A stretch of 64,000 nt of DNA from Thermoproteota archaeon (GTDB taxonomy: Archaea > Thermoproteota > Thermoprotei > Gearchaeales > Gearchaeaceae). Position 1 is the stretch's first letter; each line of letters starts with the position of its first letter. The stretch spans positions 32,001 to 96,000 of the forward strand of contig JAVVGF010000004.1 in the NCBI GenBank assembly GCA_032249235.1, read 5' to 3'. Below are positions 9,942 to 21,452 of the stretch, piece after piece. The notes under the pieces were generated by a model. That model was not told the DNA's origin, did not search any database, and saw only the letters and a program-made list of their open reading frames with translations. Made by a program: the position numbers and the translations under genes.

Positions 9942-10199
9942 ATGGCTAAGAAGAAAGATTTTGATATTTTGGAGCATGAACTTGTCCCTAGGCATATAAT
10001 TTTGACAAAAGAAGAAGCTAAAAAACTTTTAAAGAAACTAAACATAAGTCCATATCAATTACCTTGGATTAATGAATCTGATCCTGTATGTAAAAGAATA
10101 GGTGCAAAACCTGGCGATATAATAAAAATAATAAGAAAAAGTCCTACAGCTGGTGAGGCTGTTTTTTATCGCTTTGTAGTTCCTAAGTGGGTGAAATGA
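9942..10199 (+). CDS. rpoH: RNA polymerase subunit Rpo5 (H)
   Basis: HELVP.H, QLPWI..SDP, RKSPTAG...YR.VV. Confidence 0.97.
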   Translation: MAKKKDFDILEHELVPRHIILTKEEAKKLLKKLNISPYQLPWINESDPVCKRIGAKPGDIIKIIRKSPTAGEAVFYRFVVPKWVK

Positions 10200-13100
10200 C
10201 CAAACAAGAAGTTACTACTGAAGATTTTTGGGTTCTTGTAGAAAGTTTTGTAAAAGAAAGAGGACTTGCAAGATTACATTTAGATTCTTATAACGAATTC
10301 ATTAAAAGAGGTCTTCAACAAATCGTTGATGAAATCAAAGTAATTGAAGCTCCTTCAAGTGTTCGAGGATATTATATTCAACTCGGCACAATAAAGGTTG
10401 GGGAACCTAGAATAAAAGAAGCTAGAGGCTTTGAAACTAAAGTTACTCCAAACGAATGTAGATTAAGAGGACTAACATATTCAGCACCTTTGTTACTTGA
10501 GATGACTTTATTCGTAGATAATGAACCAATTAGTACAGCAACTGTTGAAATAGGAGATATACCTGTAATGGTTAAGTCGGATATTTGTTATCTTTCAAAA
10601 ATGACTAGAGAAGAATTAATAAAGGCAGGGGAAGATCCTGATGATCCAGGAGGATATTTCATAATAAACGGTACAGAAAGGGTAATTGTAGCACAAGAAG
10701 ACCTTGCAGAAAATAGAATACTCGTAGATACTGCACCAAAGGGTTCAGCAGCTACACATATAGCAAAAGTAATTTCAGCTATTCCAGGTCAACGCTCTTC
10801 TGTAATGGTAGAAAGATATAAAGATGGTTCATTATGGGTTTCATTTTCTGCAATACCTGGAAAACTTCCTTTATTTGTATTGATGAGAGCTTTAGGTGTT
10901 ACTTCTGATCAAGAAATTTTCAATGCGGTATCTAGAGATGAAAATGTATGGAGAGAATTGTATATTTCCTCACTCCAATCAGAAAAAGTTAAAAGCACTG
11001 AAGAAGCTCTTGAATATATTGGTAATAGAGTCGCTCCTGGAAGCCCCTTAGAAAAAAGAAAGGAAAGGGCTCAGCAAGTTCTAGATAAAAACTTATTACC
11101 TCACTTAGGAATGATACCTCAGGCAAGAATAAAGAAAGCTTATTATCTTGCACAAATGGCCGGTGCTGTTATTGAAGCATATCTAGGATTAAGACCTTTG
11201 GATGACAAAGATCATTACAAGAATAAACGTTTGAAGCTTGCAGGCGATATGATGGCTACATTATTTAGGAGCGTTTTCAAAGCTTTTGTAACGGATGTAG
11301 CATATCAATTGGATAAATCGATAACTAAAAGAAGGGAAATAGAAATAACTGCCCTTGTTCGCTCAGATATAATCACAGAAAAGATTATCTATGCATTAGC
11401 TACTGGTAATTGGGTTGGAGGTAAAACTGGTGTAAGCCAACTATTAGATAGAACAAATTATCTCTCAACGTTGAGCCATTTAAGGAGAGTTATATCTCCT
11501 TTGAGTAGAACTCAGCCAAACTTTGAAGCAAGAGATTTGCATCCAACTCAATGGGGAAGGATTTGTCCTGTAGAGACTCCTGAAGGTCCTAACTGTGGTT
11601 TAGTTAAAAATCTAGCACTAATGGCTACAATATCTGTTGGGGGTTATAGAGAAGAGGTCAAAAACTATCTCTTAACGAGCTTAAAGGTATCTACGAAGCC
11701 TACAAAAGAAAAATTCTCTGTAGTTTACTTAGATGGAGAGTTGATTGGTTATCATGAAGATCCTGATAAGTTAGTAGAGACGATTAGGAAGCTTAGAAGG
11801 AAAAAAGTTTTACCTTATGAGTTAAGCGTTGCTTTGTATGATAAACCGACTGGAAAAGAAGTCAGAATAAACACCGATGCTGGTCGTGTATTAAGACCTT
11901 TATTACTTGTTGAAAAAGGTAAGCTTAAAATAACGAAAGAAATCATCAACAAGGTAAAAGAAGGAACTTTAACATGGAGTGATCTAGTAGGAGAATATAT
12001 TGAATATCTCGATGCTGAAGAAGAAGAAAATGCATATATTTGTGTAAACATCAAGGATCTAACACCAGAGCATACCCATTTAGAATTCCCGCCTGCTACA
12101 ATGTTTGGAATTGTTGCATCAGTAATTCCTTATGCTGAACATAACCATTCACCTAGAAATACGTTTGAAGCTGCTATGGGAAAACAAGCTTTAGGCTTAC
12201 CTTTCTTGAATTTCTTCAATAGAGCTGATTCGCGTGCACACCTACTACATTATCCTCAAGTCCCGTTGGTCTTGACAAAGACGATGAAAATAAGCGGTGT
12301 CCTTAATAGACCATTTGGTCAGAACATGGTCGTAGCAGTTTTAGCTTATACAGGTTATAACATACAAGATGCAGTAATAATAAATAAAGGCTCTGTAGAT
12401 AGAGGTCTTGCAAGATCCACGTTCATTAGATTGTATGAAACTGAAGAAAGGAGATATCCTGGAGGAGCTCAAGATAGAATAGAGATACCTCAGCAAGGTA
12501 TTAAAGGTTATTATGCACCAGAATTTTATGCTAAGCTTGAAGAAGATGGCGTTATAATACCTGAAGTAGAAGTAAAGGGCGGAGAAATTCTAATAGGGAA
12601 AACAAGTCCTCCTAGATTTGCTGAAGAATTTAAAGCAGTAGAAGCTTCTTTGAATAGAAGAGATACGTCTGTAATGTTGAGGCATGAAGAAAAAGGGATT
12701 GTGGATAGAGTTTTCTTAACAAATACTATTGATGATAATGTTTTAGCAAGAGTTAAAGTAAGGGATTATAGAATTGCTGAAATAGGTGATAAGTTTGCTT
12801 CGAGACATGGTCAAAAAGGTGTTATAGGAATTTTATTACCTCACGAAGACATGCCTTTCACAGAAGATGGCATTGTTCCTGATTTGATCATAAATCCGCA
12901 TGCAATACCTTCAAGAATGACTGTAGGTCAACTTTTGGAATCTATAGCTGGAAAATATGCAGCTCTTAAAGGTAAGTTTGTTGACGCAACACCTTTTGAA
13001 GGAGATGATGTTGAAGCAATAAAGAGAGAATTAGAAAAGTATGGCTTCAAATCAACAGGTAAAGAAGTGCTCTACAATGGTATAACAGGAGAAAAAATGG

Positions 13101-13534
13101 TAGCTGAAGTTTTCATAGGTATTACATATTATCAAAAGTTGCATCATATGGTAAGCGATAAAATCCATGTAAGAGCAAGAGGACCTGTTCAAATTTTGAC
13201 TAGACAACCTACAGAAGGAAGAGCAAGAGAAGGAGGACTTAGATTTGGAGAAATGGAGAGAGATTGCTTAATCGGTTATGGTTCCGCATTTGTATTACAG
13301 GATATATTGCTTGATATGTCAGATCCAACATACATATACGTATGCAAGAAATGCAATGCGATGGCCTACTATGATGCAAAGAAAAATACCACGGTTTGCT
13401 ACTTCTGCGGTCCTCATAGAGATATTGTAAAGGTTAAAACAACTTATGCTTTCACAGTATTATTGAAGGAGCTCATGAGTATGTGCATTCATCCTAGAAT
13501 ATTATTAGAAGAGAAGATTGAGAGATGGTCTTAA
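10196..13534 (+). CDS. rpoB: RNA polymerase subunit Rpo2 (B), unsplit
   Basis: GGYFIINGTE, ETPEGPNCGL, GDKFASRHGQKG, GGLRFGEMERD; ATG 10196 overlaps the rpoH stop (ATGA). Confidence 0.98.
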   Translation: MTKQEVTTEDFWVLVESFVKERGLARLHLDSYNEFIKRGLQQIVDEIKVIEAPSSVRGYYIQLGTIKVGEPRIKEARGFETKVTPNECRLRGLTYSAPLLLEMTLFVDNEPISTATVEIGDIPVMVKSDICYLSKMTREELIKAGEDPDDPGGYFIINGTERVIVAQEDLAENRILVDTAPKGSAATHIAKVISAIPGQRSSVMVERYKDGSLWVSFSAIPGKLPLFVLMRALGVTSDQEIFNAVSRDENVWRELYISSLQSEKVKSTEEALEYIGNRVAPGSPLEKRKERAQQVLDKNLLPHLGMIPQARIKKAYYLAQMAGAVIEAYLGLRPLDDKDHYKNKRLKLAGDMMATLFRSVFKAFVTDVAYQLDKSITKRREIEITALVRSDIITEKIIYALATGNWVGGKTGVSQLLDRTNYLSTLSHLRRVISPLSRTQPNFEARDLHPTQWGRICPVETPEGPNCGLVKNLALMATISVGGYREEVKNYLLTSLKVSTKPTKEKFSVVYLDGELIGYHEDPDKLVETIRKLRRKKVLPYELSVALYDKPTGKEVRINTDAGRVLRPLLLVEKGKLKITKEIINKVKEGTLTWSDLVGEYIEYLDAEEEENAYICVNIKDLTPEHTHLEFPPATMFGIVASVIPYAEHNHSPRNTFEAAMGKQALGLPFLNFFNRADSRAHLLHYPQVPLVLTKTMKISGVLNRPFGQNMVVAVLAYTGYNIQDAVIINKGSVDRGLARSTFIRLYETEERRYPGGAQDRIEIPQQGIKGYYAPEFYAKLEEDGVIIPEVEVKGGEILIGKTSPPRFAEEFKAVEASLNRRDTSVMLRHEEKGIVDRVFLTNTIDDNVLARVKVRDYRIAEIGDKFASRHGQKGVIGILLPHEDMPFTEDGIVPDLIINPHAIPSRMTVGQLLESIAGKYAALKGKFVDATPFEGDDVEAIKRELEKYGFKSTGKEVLYNGITGEKMVAEVFIGITYYQKLHHMVSDKIHVRARGPVQILTRQPTEGRAREGGLRFGEMERDCLIGYGSAFVLQDILLDMSDPTYIYVCKKCNAMAYYDAKKNTTVCYFCGPHRDIVKVKTTYAFTVLLKELMSMCIHPRILLEEKIERWS

Positions 13535-16116
13535 GAGAAGAATCTGAATACGTAATAAAAGGCATAAAATTCAGCATATTATCTCCAGATGAAATAAGAA
13601 AACTTTCTGTTGTAGGAATAACTGTTCCTGATACTTATGATGAAGAATGGACACCTATACCTTTCGGCTTAATGGATAGCAGATTGGGAACAATTGAACC
13701 ATTACAAAGTTGTGCTACTTGCGGTGAAAGAATGGAATCATGTCCAGGTCATTTTGGAAGAATTGAGCTTGTTAGACCTGTAATACATGTAGGTTTCATT
13801 AAAAACATATATCAAGCTTTGCAAGCAACTTGCGTTGAATGTAAAAGAATTCTATTAAAGAAGGAAACAATCGAAAAAGTGAACAAAATGATAAATAAGT
13901 ATGCTGAAAGAAATCAATACTTCTTCGTAAATCTTTTAATTAATCTCTCTTTAAAGAAAGCATCAAAAACAGAAGTATGTCCTCACTGTAAGACTCCTCA
14001 GCCCAAGATTAAGTTTGAAAGACCTTTCAACTTTTATGAAGAAAGTGAAAAAGGTACAAGGATCTTAACGCCTTATGATATTTATGAGAGATTCAAGCAA
14101 ATACCTGATAGCGATGCTACTTTATTAGGTTTTGTTCCTCCAAGTAGACCTGAATATACGATATTATTTGTATTGCCTGTTCCTCCAATAAGCATTCGTC
14201 CTTCAATTACTTTAGAAACGGGAGAAAGATCAGAAGATGATTTAACTCATAAATTAGGCGATATAGTAAGGACGAACGAAAAGCTGAAGCAAAGCATTGA
14301 TTCAGGTTCACCGCAATTAATAATTGATGAGCATTGGAATTTATTACAATTCCACGTCGCAACTTATATCGATAACGAAATCGCAGGTTTAGCTCAATCT
14401 GTTCACAGATCAGGTAGACCTTTAAAGACTTTAGCTCAAAGACTTAAAGGGAAGGAAGGAAGATTCAGAAACAATCTTTCAGGAAAAAGAGTTAATTTCT
14501 CTACTAGAACTGTAATTTCTCCTGATCCTTTCATAAGTATAAATGAAGTAGGAATACCATATGAAGCTGCATTAAAATTAACTATTCCTGAAGCCGTTAC
14601 AAGCTGGAATATAGAAAGATTGAGGAAAGCAGTAATGAATGGTACAGAAGTTCATCCTGGAGCAAATTATGTAATAAGACCTGATGGGAGGCAAATTGAT
14701 TTGAGATTCGTAAAAGATAGAACTCAATTGGCTCAGCAATTAGGTCCTGGCTGGATTGTAGAAAGGCATTTGCTAGATGGCGAGCTTGTAGTTTTTAATA
14801 GACAACCTTCTTTACACAGAATTTCAGTTATGGCTCATAGAATTAAAGTCCTTCCTGGAAAGACTTTAAGAATAAATCCAATGGTATGCCCACCATATAA
14901 TGCAGATTTCGATGGAGATGAAATGAATTTATTCGTTCCTCAATCTCCTGAAGCGAGAGCTGAACTTGAAGAAATTATGGTTGTAGAAAAGCAAATACAA
15001 ACTCCAAGATATGGTGGCTCAATTATAGGAGCTTTGCATGATTATATAACTTCAGCTTATCTTTTGACTAGGAAAGGTACGAGATTAAACAAGTTCGTTG
15101 CTGCCTTCGTGATGGGAATGGGAGAATATAAAGGAGAGGTTAAGACAAATGGAAGAGAAATATTCGAATCTTTCTTACCTGAAATAGATTATGAGAATAA
15201 ACCTCTAGCGGCTTTCGAGGAAGAAGATAAACAACTAATTATAAAGAAAGGAAAAATAATAAGAGGGGTTATCGATCATAATGCAATAGGAGATCAAAAA
15301 ACTAAAACGTTAATTTCTAAGATATTCTTTAAATATGGACCAAAAGCAACTGCTGATTTCTTAGATAAAGCCGGAAAAATGCTTCTCGGTTTCTTAGATC
15401 ATTATGGTTTCAGCATAGGTTTGGATGATTTACATCTAGATGAAGATGTTTATAGAAAAATCGATGAACTCATAGCTAAGCATTTTGAAAAGGTAAACGA
15501 ATATATCGAGAAATATTTCAAAGGCGAATTAGAAAGAGAACCAGGTGCTACATTAGAGGAAACTCTTGAACAAAAAATAATGGATGAATTAAATCTTGCG
15601 AGAGATGAAGCTGGAAAATTTGTAGAAGGCTTCTTTTCAAGAGACAATTCTATATTGATAACTGCAAAGACTGGTGCAAGAGGTAAAATGCTTAATCTTT
15701 TCCACATGACTGCATGCATTGGTCAGCAAGCATTGAGAGGAAAAAGAATTAATAGAGGTTATGAAAACAGAACATTGCCCCACTTCAAAAAAGGCGATAT
15801 ATCACCTGCAGCAAGAGGTTTCATCAAAAGCAACTATGTAAAAGGCTTATCTCCAATAGAATTCTTCTTCCATGCTGTTTCTGGAAGAGAAGGATTAGTA
15901 GATACTGCTGTTAGGACTTCACAAAGCGGATACATGCAAAGAAGGCTCATAAATGCACTATTAGATTTGCATGTTGAATATGATGGCACAGTAAGAGATA
16001 GTGAAGGTAACATTGTTCAATTCAAATACGGTGAAGATGGAATTGATCCTAGCAAGAGTTATGGTCATGATCCGATTGATTTAGATGGTATTATTAGAGA
16101 GGTGTTAGAAGAATGA
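13525..16116 (+). CDS. rpoA1: RNA polymerase subunit Rpo1N (A')
   Basis: [16 protein letters not shown] catalytic motif, [12 protein letters not shown]. Confidence 0.98.
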   Translation: MVLREESEYVIKGIKFSILSPDEIRKLSVVGITVPDTYDEEWTPIPFGLMDSRLGTIEPLQSCATCGERMESCPGHFGRIELVRPVIHVGFIKNIYQALQATCVECKRILLKKETIEKVNKMINKYAERNQYFFVNLLINLSLKKASKTEVCPHCKTPQPKIKFERPFNFYEESEKGTRILTPYDIYERFKQIPDSDATLLGFVPPSRPEYTILFVLPVPPISIRPSITLETGERSEDDLTHKLGDIVRTNEKLKQSIDSGSPQLIIDEHWNLLQFHVATYIDNEIAGLAQSVHRSGRPLKTLAQRLKGKEGRFRNNLSGKRVNFSTRTVISPDPFISINEVGIPYEAALKLTIPEAVTSWNIERLRKAVMNGTEVHPGANYVIRPDGRQIDLRFVKDRTQLAQQLGPGWIVERHLLDGELVVFNRQPSLHRISVMAHRIKVLPGKTLRINPMVCPPYNADFDGDEMNLFVPQSPEARAELEEIMVVEKQIQTPRYGGSIIGALHDYITSAYLLTRKGTRLNKFVAAFVMGMGEYKGEVKTNGREIFESFLPEIDYENKPLAAFEEEDKQLIIKKGKIIRGVIDHNAIGDQKTKTLISKIFFKYGPKATADFLDKAGKMLLGFLDHYGFSIGLDDLHLDEDVYRKIDELIAKHFEKVNEYIEKYFKGELEREPGATLEETLEQKIMDELNLARDEAGKFVEGFFSRDNSILITAKTGARGKMLNLFHMTACIGQQALRGKRINRGYENRTLPHFKKGDISPAARGFIKSNYVKGLSPIEFFFHAVSGREGLVDTAVRTSQSGYMQRRLINALLDLHVEYDGTVRDSEGNIVQFKYGEDGIDPSKSYGHDPIDLDGIIREVLEE

Positions 16117-17330
16117 ATTTACCAAGCTATTTAGTTGAGAAGCTTAATAAAAGTGGTGTTTCAAAAAGCGTAATACTTGCTCTTGAAGAAAAATTAAGCA
16201 AATATGGTAAGATAAGTGAAAAGAAGCTTGAAGAAATAGTAGATAAAGTAGTTGAAAATTACAGAAGAGCTTTAGTAGAACCAGGTGAAAACGTTGGGGT
16301 TGTTGCAGCTCAATCAGTAGGAGAACCAGGCACACAAATGACTTTAAGAACTTTTCACTTCGTTGGAGTCAAAGAGTTAAATGTAACTCTAGGTCTTCCA
16401 AGATTAATAGAGATATTTGATGCACGTAGTAAACCTACAACACCGACGATGATAATACCTTTAGAGAAGAAATATGCTAAAGATAGAGAAAAAGCCTATG
16501 AAATTGCAATAAAATTAGAAGAATTATTAGTCGAGGATATTGTTGAAGTTTCAAGCATTGATTTAGTTAACAATGAAATAATATTTGAATTAAATGCGAA
16601 TCTGTTAAAGAGTAGGAATATAAATACAGACGAATTGAAGGAAATAATATCTTCGAAGGTAAAATCTATCGAAGTAAAAATTTCTGGCGGTAAAAAAGGA
16701 GCTCCTTTGATTATGCAAATAAAATCTAAGAGAGAGCTAACAATACAACAATTGAATAAGCTGAAAGATAGAATACTTAAAGTTAGAATAAAAGGTGTTC
16801 CTAAAATTAGGAGAACAGTTATAAGAAAAGTCGATTTAGGGAATGGAGATTATGAATACGTAATTGCAACTGAAGGTTCAAACTTAAAGGACATCTTAAG
16901 TATTGAAGGTATAGATAAAAGAAGAGTTTATACTAATGATATTTTCGAAGTATATAGTATATTAGGAATAGAAGCTGCAAGGGAAGTCATAATAAGAGAA
17001 GCAATGCGAGTACTTGAAGATCAAGGTTTGGATGTGAATATAAGGCATGTCATGTTAATAGCAGATGCGATGACAAGAACTGGTAGAATAAAGCAAATAG
17101 GCAGGCATGGCATTGTAGGAGACAAAGCGAGTGTTTTGGCAAAGGCTGCTTTTGAACTTACAACGAAGCACTTGTATGATGCTTCAGCTAGAGCAGCGGT
17201 GGATCATATATTGGGAAATGCAGAAAGCATAATTACTGGACAGCCAATAAGAAGCGGTACAGGTCATATAAAAGTTTATTTAGACCTTTGGAAACTACTT
17301 GGTAAGTCGGAGAATGGTGGATCTAGCTAA
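16113..17330 (+). CDS. rpoA2: RNA polymerase subunit Rpo1C (A'')
   Basis: [31 protein letters not shown]. Confidence 0.98.
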   Translation: MNLPSYLVEKLNKSGVSKSVILALEEKLSKYGKISEKKLEEIVDKVVENYRRALVEPGENVGVVAAQSVGEPGTQMTLRTFHFVGVKELNVTLGLPRLIEIFDARSKPTTPTMIIPLEKKYAKDREKAYEIAIKLEELLVEDIVEVSSIDLVNNEIIFELNANLLKSRNINTDELKEIISSKVKSIEVKISGGKKGAPLIMQIKSKRELTIQQLNKLKDRILKVRIKGVPKIRRTVIRKVDLGNGDYEYVIATEGSNLKDILSIEGIDKRRVYTNDIFEVYSILGIEAAREVIIREAMRVLEDQGLDVNIRHVMLIADAMTRTGRIKQIGRHGIVGDKASVLAKAAFELTTKHLYDASARAAVDHILGNAESIITGQPIRSGTGHIKVYLDLWKLLGKSENGGSS

Positions 17331-17619
17331 GGAATTACCTTTACTTTTTAAGACGGGTAAAGTAGTTTATGGTTACAAAGAAGTGATTAATGTATTGTAT
17401 CATGGCAAAGTGAATGGTGTAATCATAGCCTCGAAAATACCGAAAGAAATTTTCGATAAATTAACTTATTATTGCAAACTCGCTAATGTTCCATACTATA
17501 TTTTTGAAGGAAGCAGTGCTGAATTGGGAAAGCTATGCGGGAAAAATTTCGTAATAAGTTCAATAGCTATTTTAAATGCCGGCGAATCGAGCATTCTAGA
17601 TTTATTTAAGAATGAATGA
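17314..17619 (+). CDS. rpl30e: 50S ribosomal protein L30e
   Basis: KTGKVV.G, ELG.LCGK.F; synteny. Confidence 0.93.
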   Translation: MVDLAKELPLLFKTGKVVYGYKEVINVLYHGKVNGVIIASKIPKEIFDKLTYYCKLANVPYYIFEGSSAELGKLCGKNFVISSIAILNAGESSILDLFKNE

Positions 17620-18049
17620 AGGAATAAAATTAAGTAATAGAGAACTAGAGTTCATAAATCTATTTGAATTAATATCTTCTGTCAAAGTGAAAGACTGCAT
17701 TATAGATGAAAAATTTAATAGAGCAATATTCTTAGTAGAACCAACACAGGTAGGAATCGCAATAGGTAAAGGAGGAGAAAAAATAAACGCTTTCAAAAAG
17801 CTTTCTTCAATAGATGCCGAAATTGTTCCTTATTATGAAGATTTAGAAAAGATGGCTAGAGGATGCTTTATGCCTTTCGAAATTAAAGATGTAAAAATTA
17901 CCCAGAATAGCAAAGGTGAAAAAATTTTACTTGTCTACGTAGATCCTGCAACTAAAGCAAAGGTAATAGGTGCTTCAGGTAGGAATGTTGTAAGAGCAAG
18001 GCTTATCCTTCAAAGATATTTTGGAATAAAAAATGTCATTGTTGTTTAA
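17612..18049 (+). CDS. nusA: Archaeal NusA (two KH domains)
   Basis: AIGKGG and VIG..G.N KH motifs; synteny. Confidence 0.93.
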   Translation: MNEGIKLSNRELEFINLFELISSVKVKDCIIDEKFNRAIFLVEPTQVGIAIGKGGEKINAFKKLSSIDAEIVPYYEDLEKMARGCFMPFEIKDVKITQNSKGEKILLVYVDPATKAKVIGASGRNVVRARLILQRYFGIKNVIVV

Positions 18050-18084
18050 AAAAATTAATAAGTCGATATATAGAGAGTTGAAAT

Positions 18085-18522
18085 ATGGGTAAATCACCTG
18101 CAGGCTTATATGCGGCTCGTAAGCTAGTTAAGAAAAGACAAAAATTTAGATGGAGTAAGATAACTTACAAAAGAAGAGTTCTAAGATTAAAAGAAAAATT
18201 CGATCCTCTTGAAGGAGCTCCACAAGCAAGGGGTATAGTTATAGAAAAAGTAGGTGTTGAATCAAGACAACCTAACTCTGCTGTTAGAAAATGCGTAAGA
18301 GTTCAGCTAGTTAAGAATGGTAAGCAAATAACAGCTTTCGTTCCTAAAGATGGCGCTCTCAATATAATTAGTGAGCATGATGAAGTTATTGTTGAAGGAA
18401 TAGGAGGTCCTCAAGGAAGAGCATATGGAGACTTACCGGGAGTGAGATGGAAGGTTGTAAAAGTAAACGGTGTCGCATTAAGTGAAATATTAAAAGGTAA
18501 AAAACAAAAACCACAGAGATGA
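18085..18522 (+). CDS. rps12: 30S ribosomal protein uS12
   Basis: [22 protein letters not shown]. Confidence 0.98.
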   Translation: MGKSPAGLYAARKLVKKRQKFRWSKITYKRRVLRLKEKFDPLEGAPQARGIVIEKVGVESRQPNSAVRKCVRVQLVKNGKQITAFVPKDGALNIISEHDEVIVEGIGGPQGRAYGDLPGVRWKVVKVNGVALSEILKGKKQKPQR

Positions 18523-19103
18523 GCCAAATAGTAAACCAGCCTAAAATTCTAGTATTTGGTAAATGGAGTACAGATAATATTGTTATTAACGATCCTGCAC
18601 TTAGAAGATACATTTGTCTTAAACCGATGCATGCCCCACATTTAGCTGGCAGATATGCAAATAAGCGCTTTGGAAAAAGTGAAGTACCAATATATGAAAG
18701 ACTTGCAAATCATTTAATGAAAAAAGGAAGAAATCAAGGTAAAAAACTGAAAGCATTGAACATCGTAAGAAAAGCTTTTACAATAATTGAAAGTAGAACT
18801 AAAGAAAATCCTATACAAATTTTAGTTAGAGCTATTGAAAATGCTTCACCTAGAGAAGAGACAACAAGAATATTGCTAGGAGGTATAGTTTACCATGTTG
18901 CAGTCGATAGTGCACCTCAAAGAAGAGTTGATTTAGCATTGAGATGGATTTGTGAAGGAGCAAGATTATCTTCCTTTAATAATCCTAAGCCTATTGAAGA
19001 ATCTTTAGCAGATGAATTAATTTTAGCGGCAAATAACGATAGTAGATCTTATGCGATTAGGAAAAAAGAAGAAGTTGAAAGAATTGCCCTTGCATCACGT
19101 TAA
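18519..19103 (+). CDS. rps7: 30S ribosomal protein uS7
   Basis: PREETTR, AVD.APQRRVD, ERIA.ASR. Confidence 0.98.
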   Translation: MSQIVNQPKILVFGKWSTDNIVINDPALRRYICLKPMHAPHLAGRYANKRFGKSEVPIYERLANHLMKKGRNQGKKLKALNIVRKAFTIIESRTKENPIQILVRAIENASPREETTRILLGGIVYHVAVDSAPQRRVDLALRWICEGARLSSFNNPKPIEESLADELILAANNDSRSYAIRKKEEVERIALASR

Positions 19104-19146
19104 AAATTTATAAATAGATAAAAACAAATAATCAATACGTTCGCTC

Positions 19147-20442
19147 ATGGCGGAGAAAAAACCACATTTGAATTTGATAGTGGCAGGACATGTAGATCAT
19201 GGAAAATCAACTACTACAGGCCACATACTAACTCTTTTAGGTGTAGTGGATAAAAAGAGACTTGCAGAATTAGAAGAAGAAGCGAAGAAAAGAGGAAAAG
19301 AATTCGCGAAATATGCTTGGATCTTAGATACATATAAAGAAGAAAGGGAAAGAGATATGACGATAGATCTTACTTTCTTGAAATTCGAAACCAAAAAATA
19401 TTTCTTCACAATAATCGATGCTCCAGGTCATAGAGATTTCGTTAAAAACATGGTAACAGGTGCTTCGCAAGCTGATGCTGCATTATTAGTCGTTTCAGCA
19501 AAGAAGGGAGAATTTGAAGCTGGAATAGGAGCAACAGGACAAACAAGGGAACACGCTTTCTTATTGAGGACAATGGGAGTAAATCAAATAATCGTAGCTA
19601 TTAATAAAATGGACGATCCTTCAGTGAATTGGAGCAAAGAAAGATTTGAAGAAGTAAGGAAAGGCATTCTTGATCTTTTAAGACAAGTAGGTTATCCAGT
19701 TGAAAAAATTAGAGTAATTCCAATTTCAGCATGGTATGGTGATAATTTAGTAGAAAGAAGTAGCAATACTCCATGGTATAATGGACCTACTTTGGCTGAA
19801 GCATTCGATGAATTAGTTGTTCCTCCTAGACCTGTAGATAAACCTTTAAGGATACCTGTTGAAGCTGTATATTCAATAACTGGAGTAGGAACTGTTCCTG
19901 TCGGAAAAGTAGAAACAGGCAGACTAAGAGTAGGAGATGTTGTTGTAGTCATGCCCAGTGGTAAGAAAGGCGAAGTTAGATCTATAGAGACCCATCATAC
20001 ACCAATACAAGAAGCCATTCCTGGAGATAATATAGGTTTCAACGTTAAAGGTCTAGAAAAAACAGATGTAAAAAGAGGAGATGTTTTCGGCCCTGTCGAT
20101 AATCCTCCTACAGTTGCTAGTGCAGTTATCGCTAGAATATTCGTAATCTATCATCCTACATCAATAGCAGTAGGCTATACTCCTGTTATGCATATTCACA
20201 CAGCTACAGGGCCTGTTAAATTTGAAGAAATTCAAAAGAAATTAGATCCAAGAACAGGCTCAACTATAGAGGAGAATCCTAAGTTCATTAAACAAGGAGA
20301 TGCTGCAATAGTTAAATTAAGACCAATAAAGCCTATGATAATCGAAAAATATTCAGATTTTCCAGGTCTTGGTAGATTTGCTATTAGAGATATGGGTAGG
20401 ACTATTGCTGCAGGAGTTGTTCTAGACGTAATTAAAGCATAA
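19147..20442 (+). CDS. tuf: Elongation factor 1-alpha
   Basis: GHVDHGKST, DAPGHRDF, NKMD, GRFAIRDMG. Confidence 0.99.
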   Translation: MAEKKPHLNLIVAGHVDHGKSTTTGHILTLLGVVDKKRLAELEEEAKKRGKEFAKYAWILDTYKEERERDMTIDLTFLKFETKKYFFTIIDAPGHRDFVKNMVTGASQADAALLVVSAKKGEFEAGIGATGQTREHAFLLRTMGVNQIIVAINKMDDPSVNWSKERFEEVRKGILDLLRQVGYPVEKIRVIPISAWYGDNLVERSSNTPWYNGPTLAEAFDELVVPPRPVDKPLRIPVEAVYSITGVGTVPVGKVETGRLRVGDVVVVMPSGKKGEVRSIETHHTPIQEAIPGDNIGFNVKGLEKTDVKRGDVFGPVDNPPTVASAVIARIFVIYHPTSIAVGYTPVMHIHTATGPVKFEEIQKKLDPRTGSTIEENPKFIKQGDAAIVKLRPIKPMIIEKYSDFPGLGRFAIRDMGRTIAAGVVLDVIKA

Positions 20443-20750
20443 TGCCAAGAGTAGCGCGGATATATCTCTCTGCAACAAACATTAGCGATCTAGAAAGTGT
20501 CGTCAATGAAATAAAAACAATTGCTGATTCACAAAATGCAAGATTAGCAGGTCCTGTTCCATTGCCTACAAAAAGATTAAGAGTTGTAACCAGGAAAACT
20601 CCTTGCGGCGATGGAACGCATACTTTTGATAGATGGGAACTAAGAATACATAAAAGAATAATAGATGTCATTGCTTCAGAAAACGTGATGAGACAGTTAG
20701 CAAGAATAAAAGTACCACCATCCGTTAGGATTTCTATCAACATTAGATAA
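20442..20750 (+). CDS. rps10: 30S ribosomal protein uS10
   Basis: GPVPLPT, RKTPCGDG, RIHKR. Confidence 0.97.
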   Translation: MPRVARIYLSATNISDLESVVNEIKTIADSQNARLAGPVPLPTKRLRVVTRKTPCGDGTHTFDRWELRIHKRIIDVIASENVMRQLARIKVPPSVRISINIR

Positions 20751-20794
20751 AACTTAATTATACCTTCTTTTCTTATAGTAATTAGCCGGGAAAA

Positions 20795-20890
20795 GCCGGG
20801 ATACGAAAGCCCGAAAGCCTAGCGGACAAGGCGCAGGCCTTGAGAGCCTGTGGGCGTAAGCCCGCGTGGGTTCGAATCCCACTCCCGGCG
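20795..20890 (+). tRNA. tRNA-Ser(UGA) with a 13-nt intron at position 8/9 (20803-20815)
   Basis: Spliced GCCGGGAT|AGCCTAGC matches the 5' ends of the two other tRNA-Ser genes here; CAGGC-CT TGA GA-GCCTG; long variable arm; G73. Confidence 0.9.
20803..20815 (+). other. BHB-type tRNA intron ACGAAAGCCCGAA
   Basis: GC/GC outer helix, CGGG/CCCG 4-bp central helix, ATA and AAA 3-nt bulges, C-GAAA-G inner hairpin. Confidence 0.85.
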
Positions 20891-20920
20891 TTTTTAAATC
20901 TGTTTATTTTCTTTGTTTTA
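20891..20920 (+). terminator. T-rich terminator after tRNA-Ser(UGA)
   Basis: TTTTT immediately after the tRNA, then further T tracts. Confidence 0.5.
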
Positions 20921-21033
20921 TGATAAAAGAATTTTTACATATGTTTTTAAACCTTGAATGAATTTTTTTATTTTTCTTTGAATTTTATTACAAAAATTTT
21001 TTAAGTAAGTGTTTAAATCATAAACATAAGTAA

Positions 21034-21417
21034 ATGGGGGCTAGGGAACGATTAGAACAGATTTACTCTTTGGAACTTGGAAGACATATAATTGCAGATG
21101 TAATAGTAAGCAATAGTAGCAAACTTAAGGATGTTGAATACTTGAGGAAAATTTTATATGAAGCAGCAGAAAAGGCTAATTTAAAAGTCATAAGCGATAA
21201 TTTTACAACCTTTGAGAATACTGGAGGTATCTCACTTCTCTTATTCATAGCTGAATCACATTTATCAATACATACATGGCCTGAATATTCTTTCGCGGCT
21301 ATAGACATATTTACATGCGGAAAAGATGCCAATCCTATAGCAGCTTATGAACATATTATAAAGGAACTAGGCGTTGTAAAAGCTTCAAAGAAGGAAATAA
21401 AGAGAAAATTACCCTAA
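21034..21417 (+). CDS. speD: Pyruvoyl-dependent S-adenosylmethionine decarboxylase family (AdoMetDC or the paralogous arginine decarboxylase)
   Basis: G.H, E-SHLSIHTWPEY autocleavage site, DIFTCG. Confidence 0.85.
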   Translation: MGARERLEQIYSLELGRHIIADVIVSNSSKLKDVEYLRKILYEAAEKANLKVISDNFTTFENTGGISLLLFIAESHLSIHTWPEYSFAAIDIFTCGKDANPIAAYEHIIKELGVVKASKKEIKRKLP

Positions 21418-21452
21418 AAATAATAAGAGAATTTTTTGAAAATTATTATAGT

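Noticed and set aside
20785-20815. tRNA-Ser(UGA) starting at the first GCCGGGA with a 23-nt intron
   Set aside because: It would give A8 instead of the conserved U8, and I could not build a BHB for it; the second copy gives a clean BHB and matches the paralogues.
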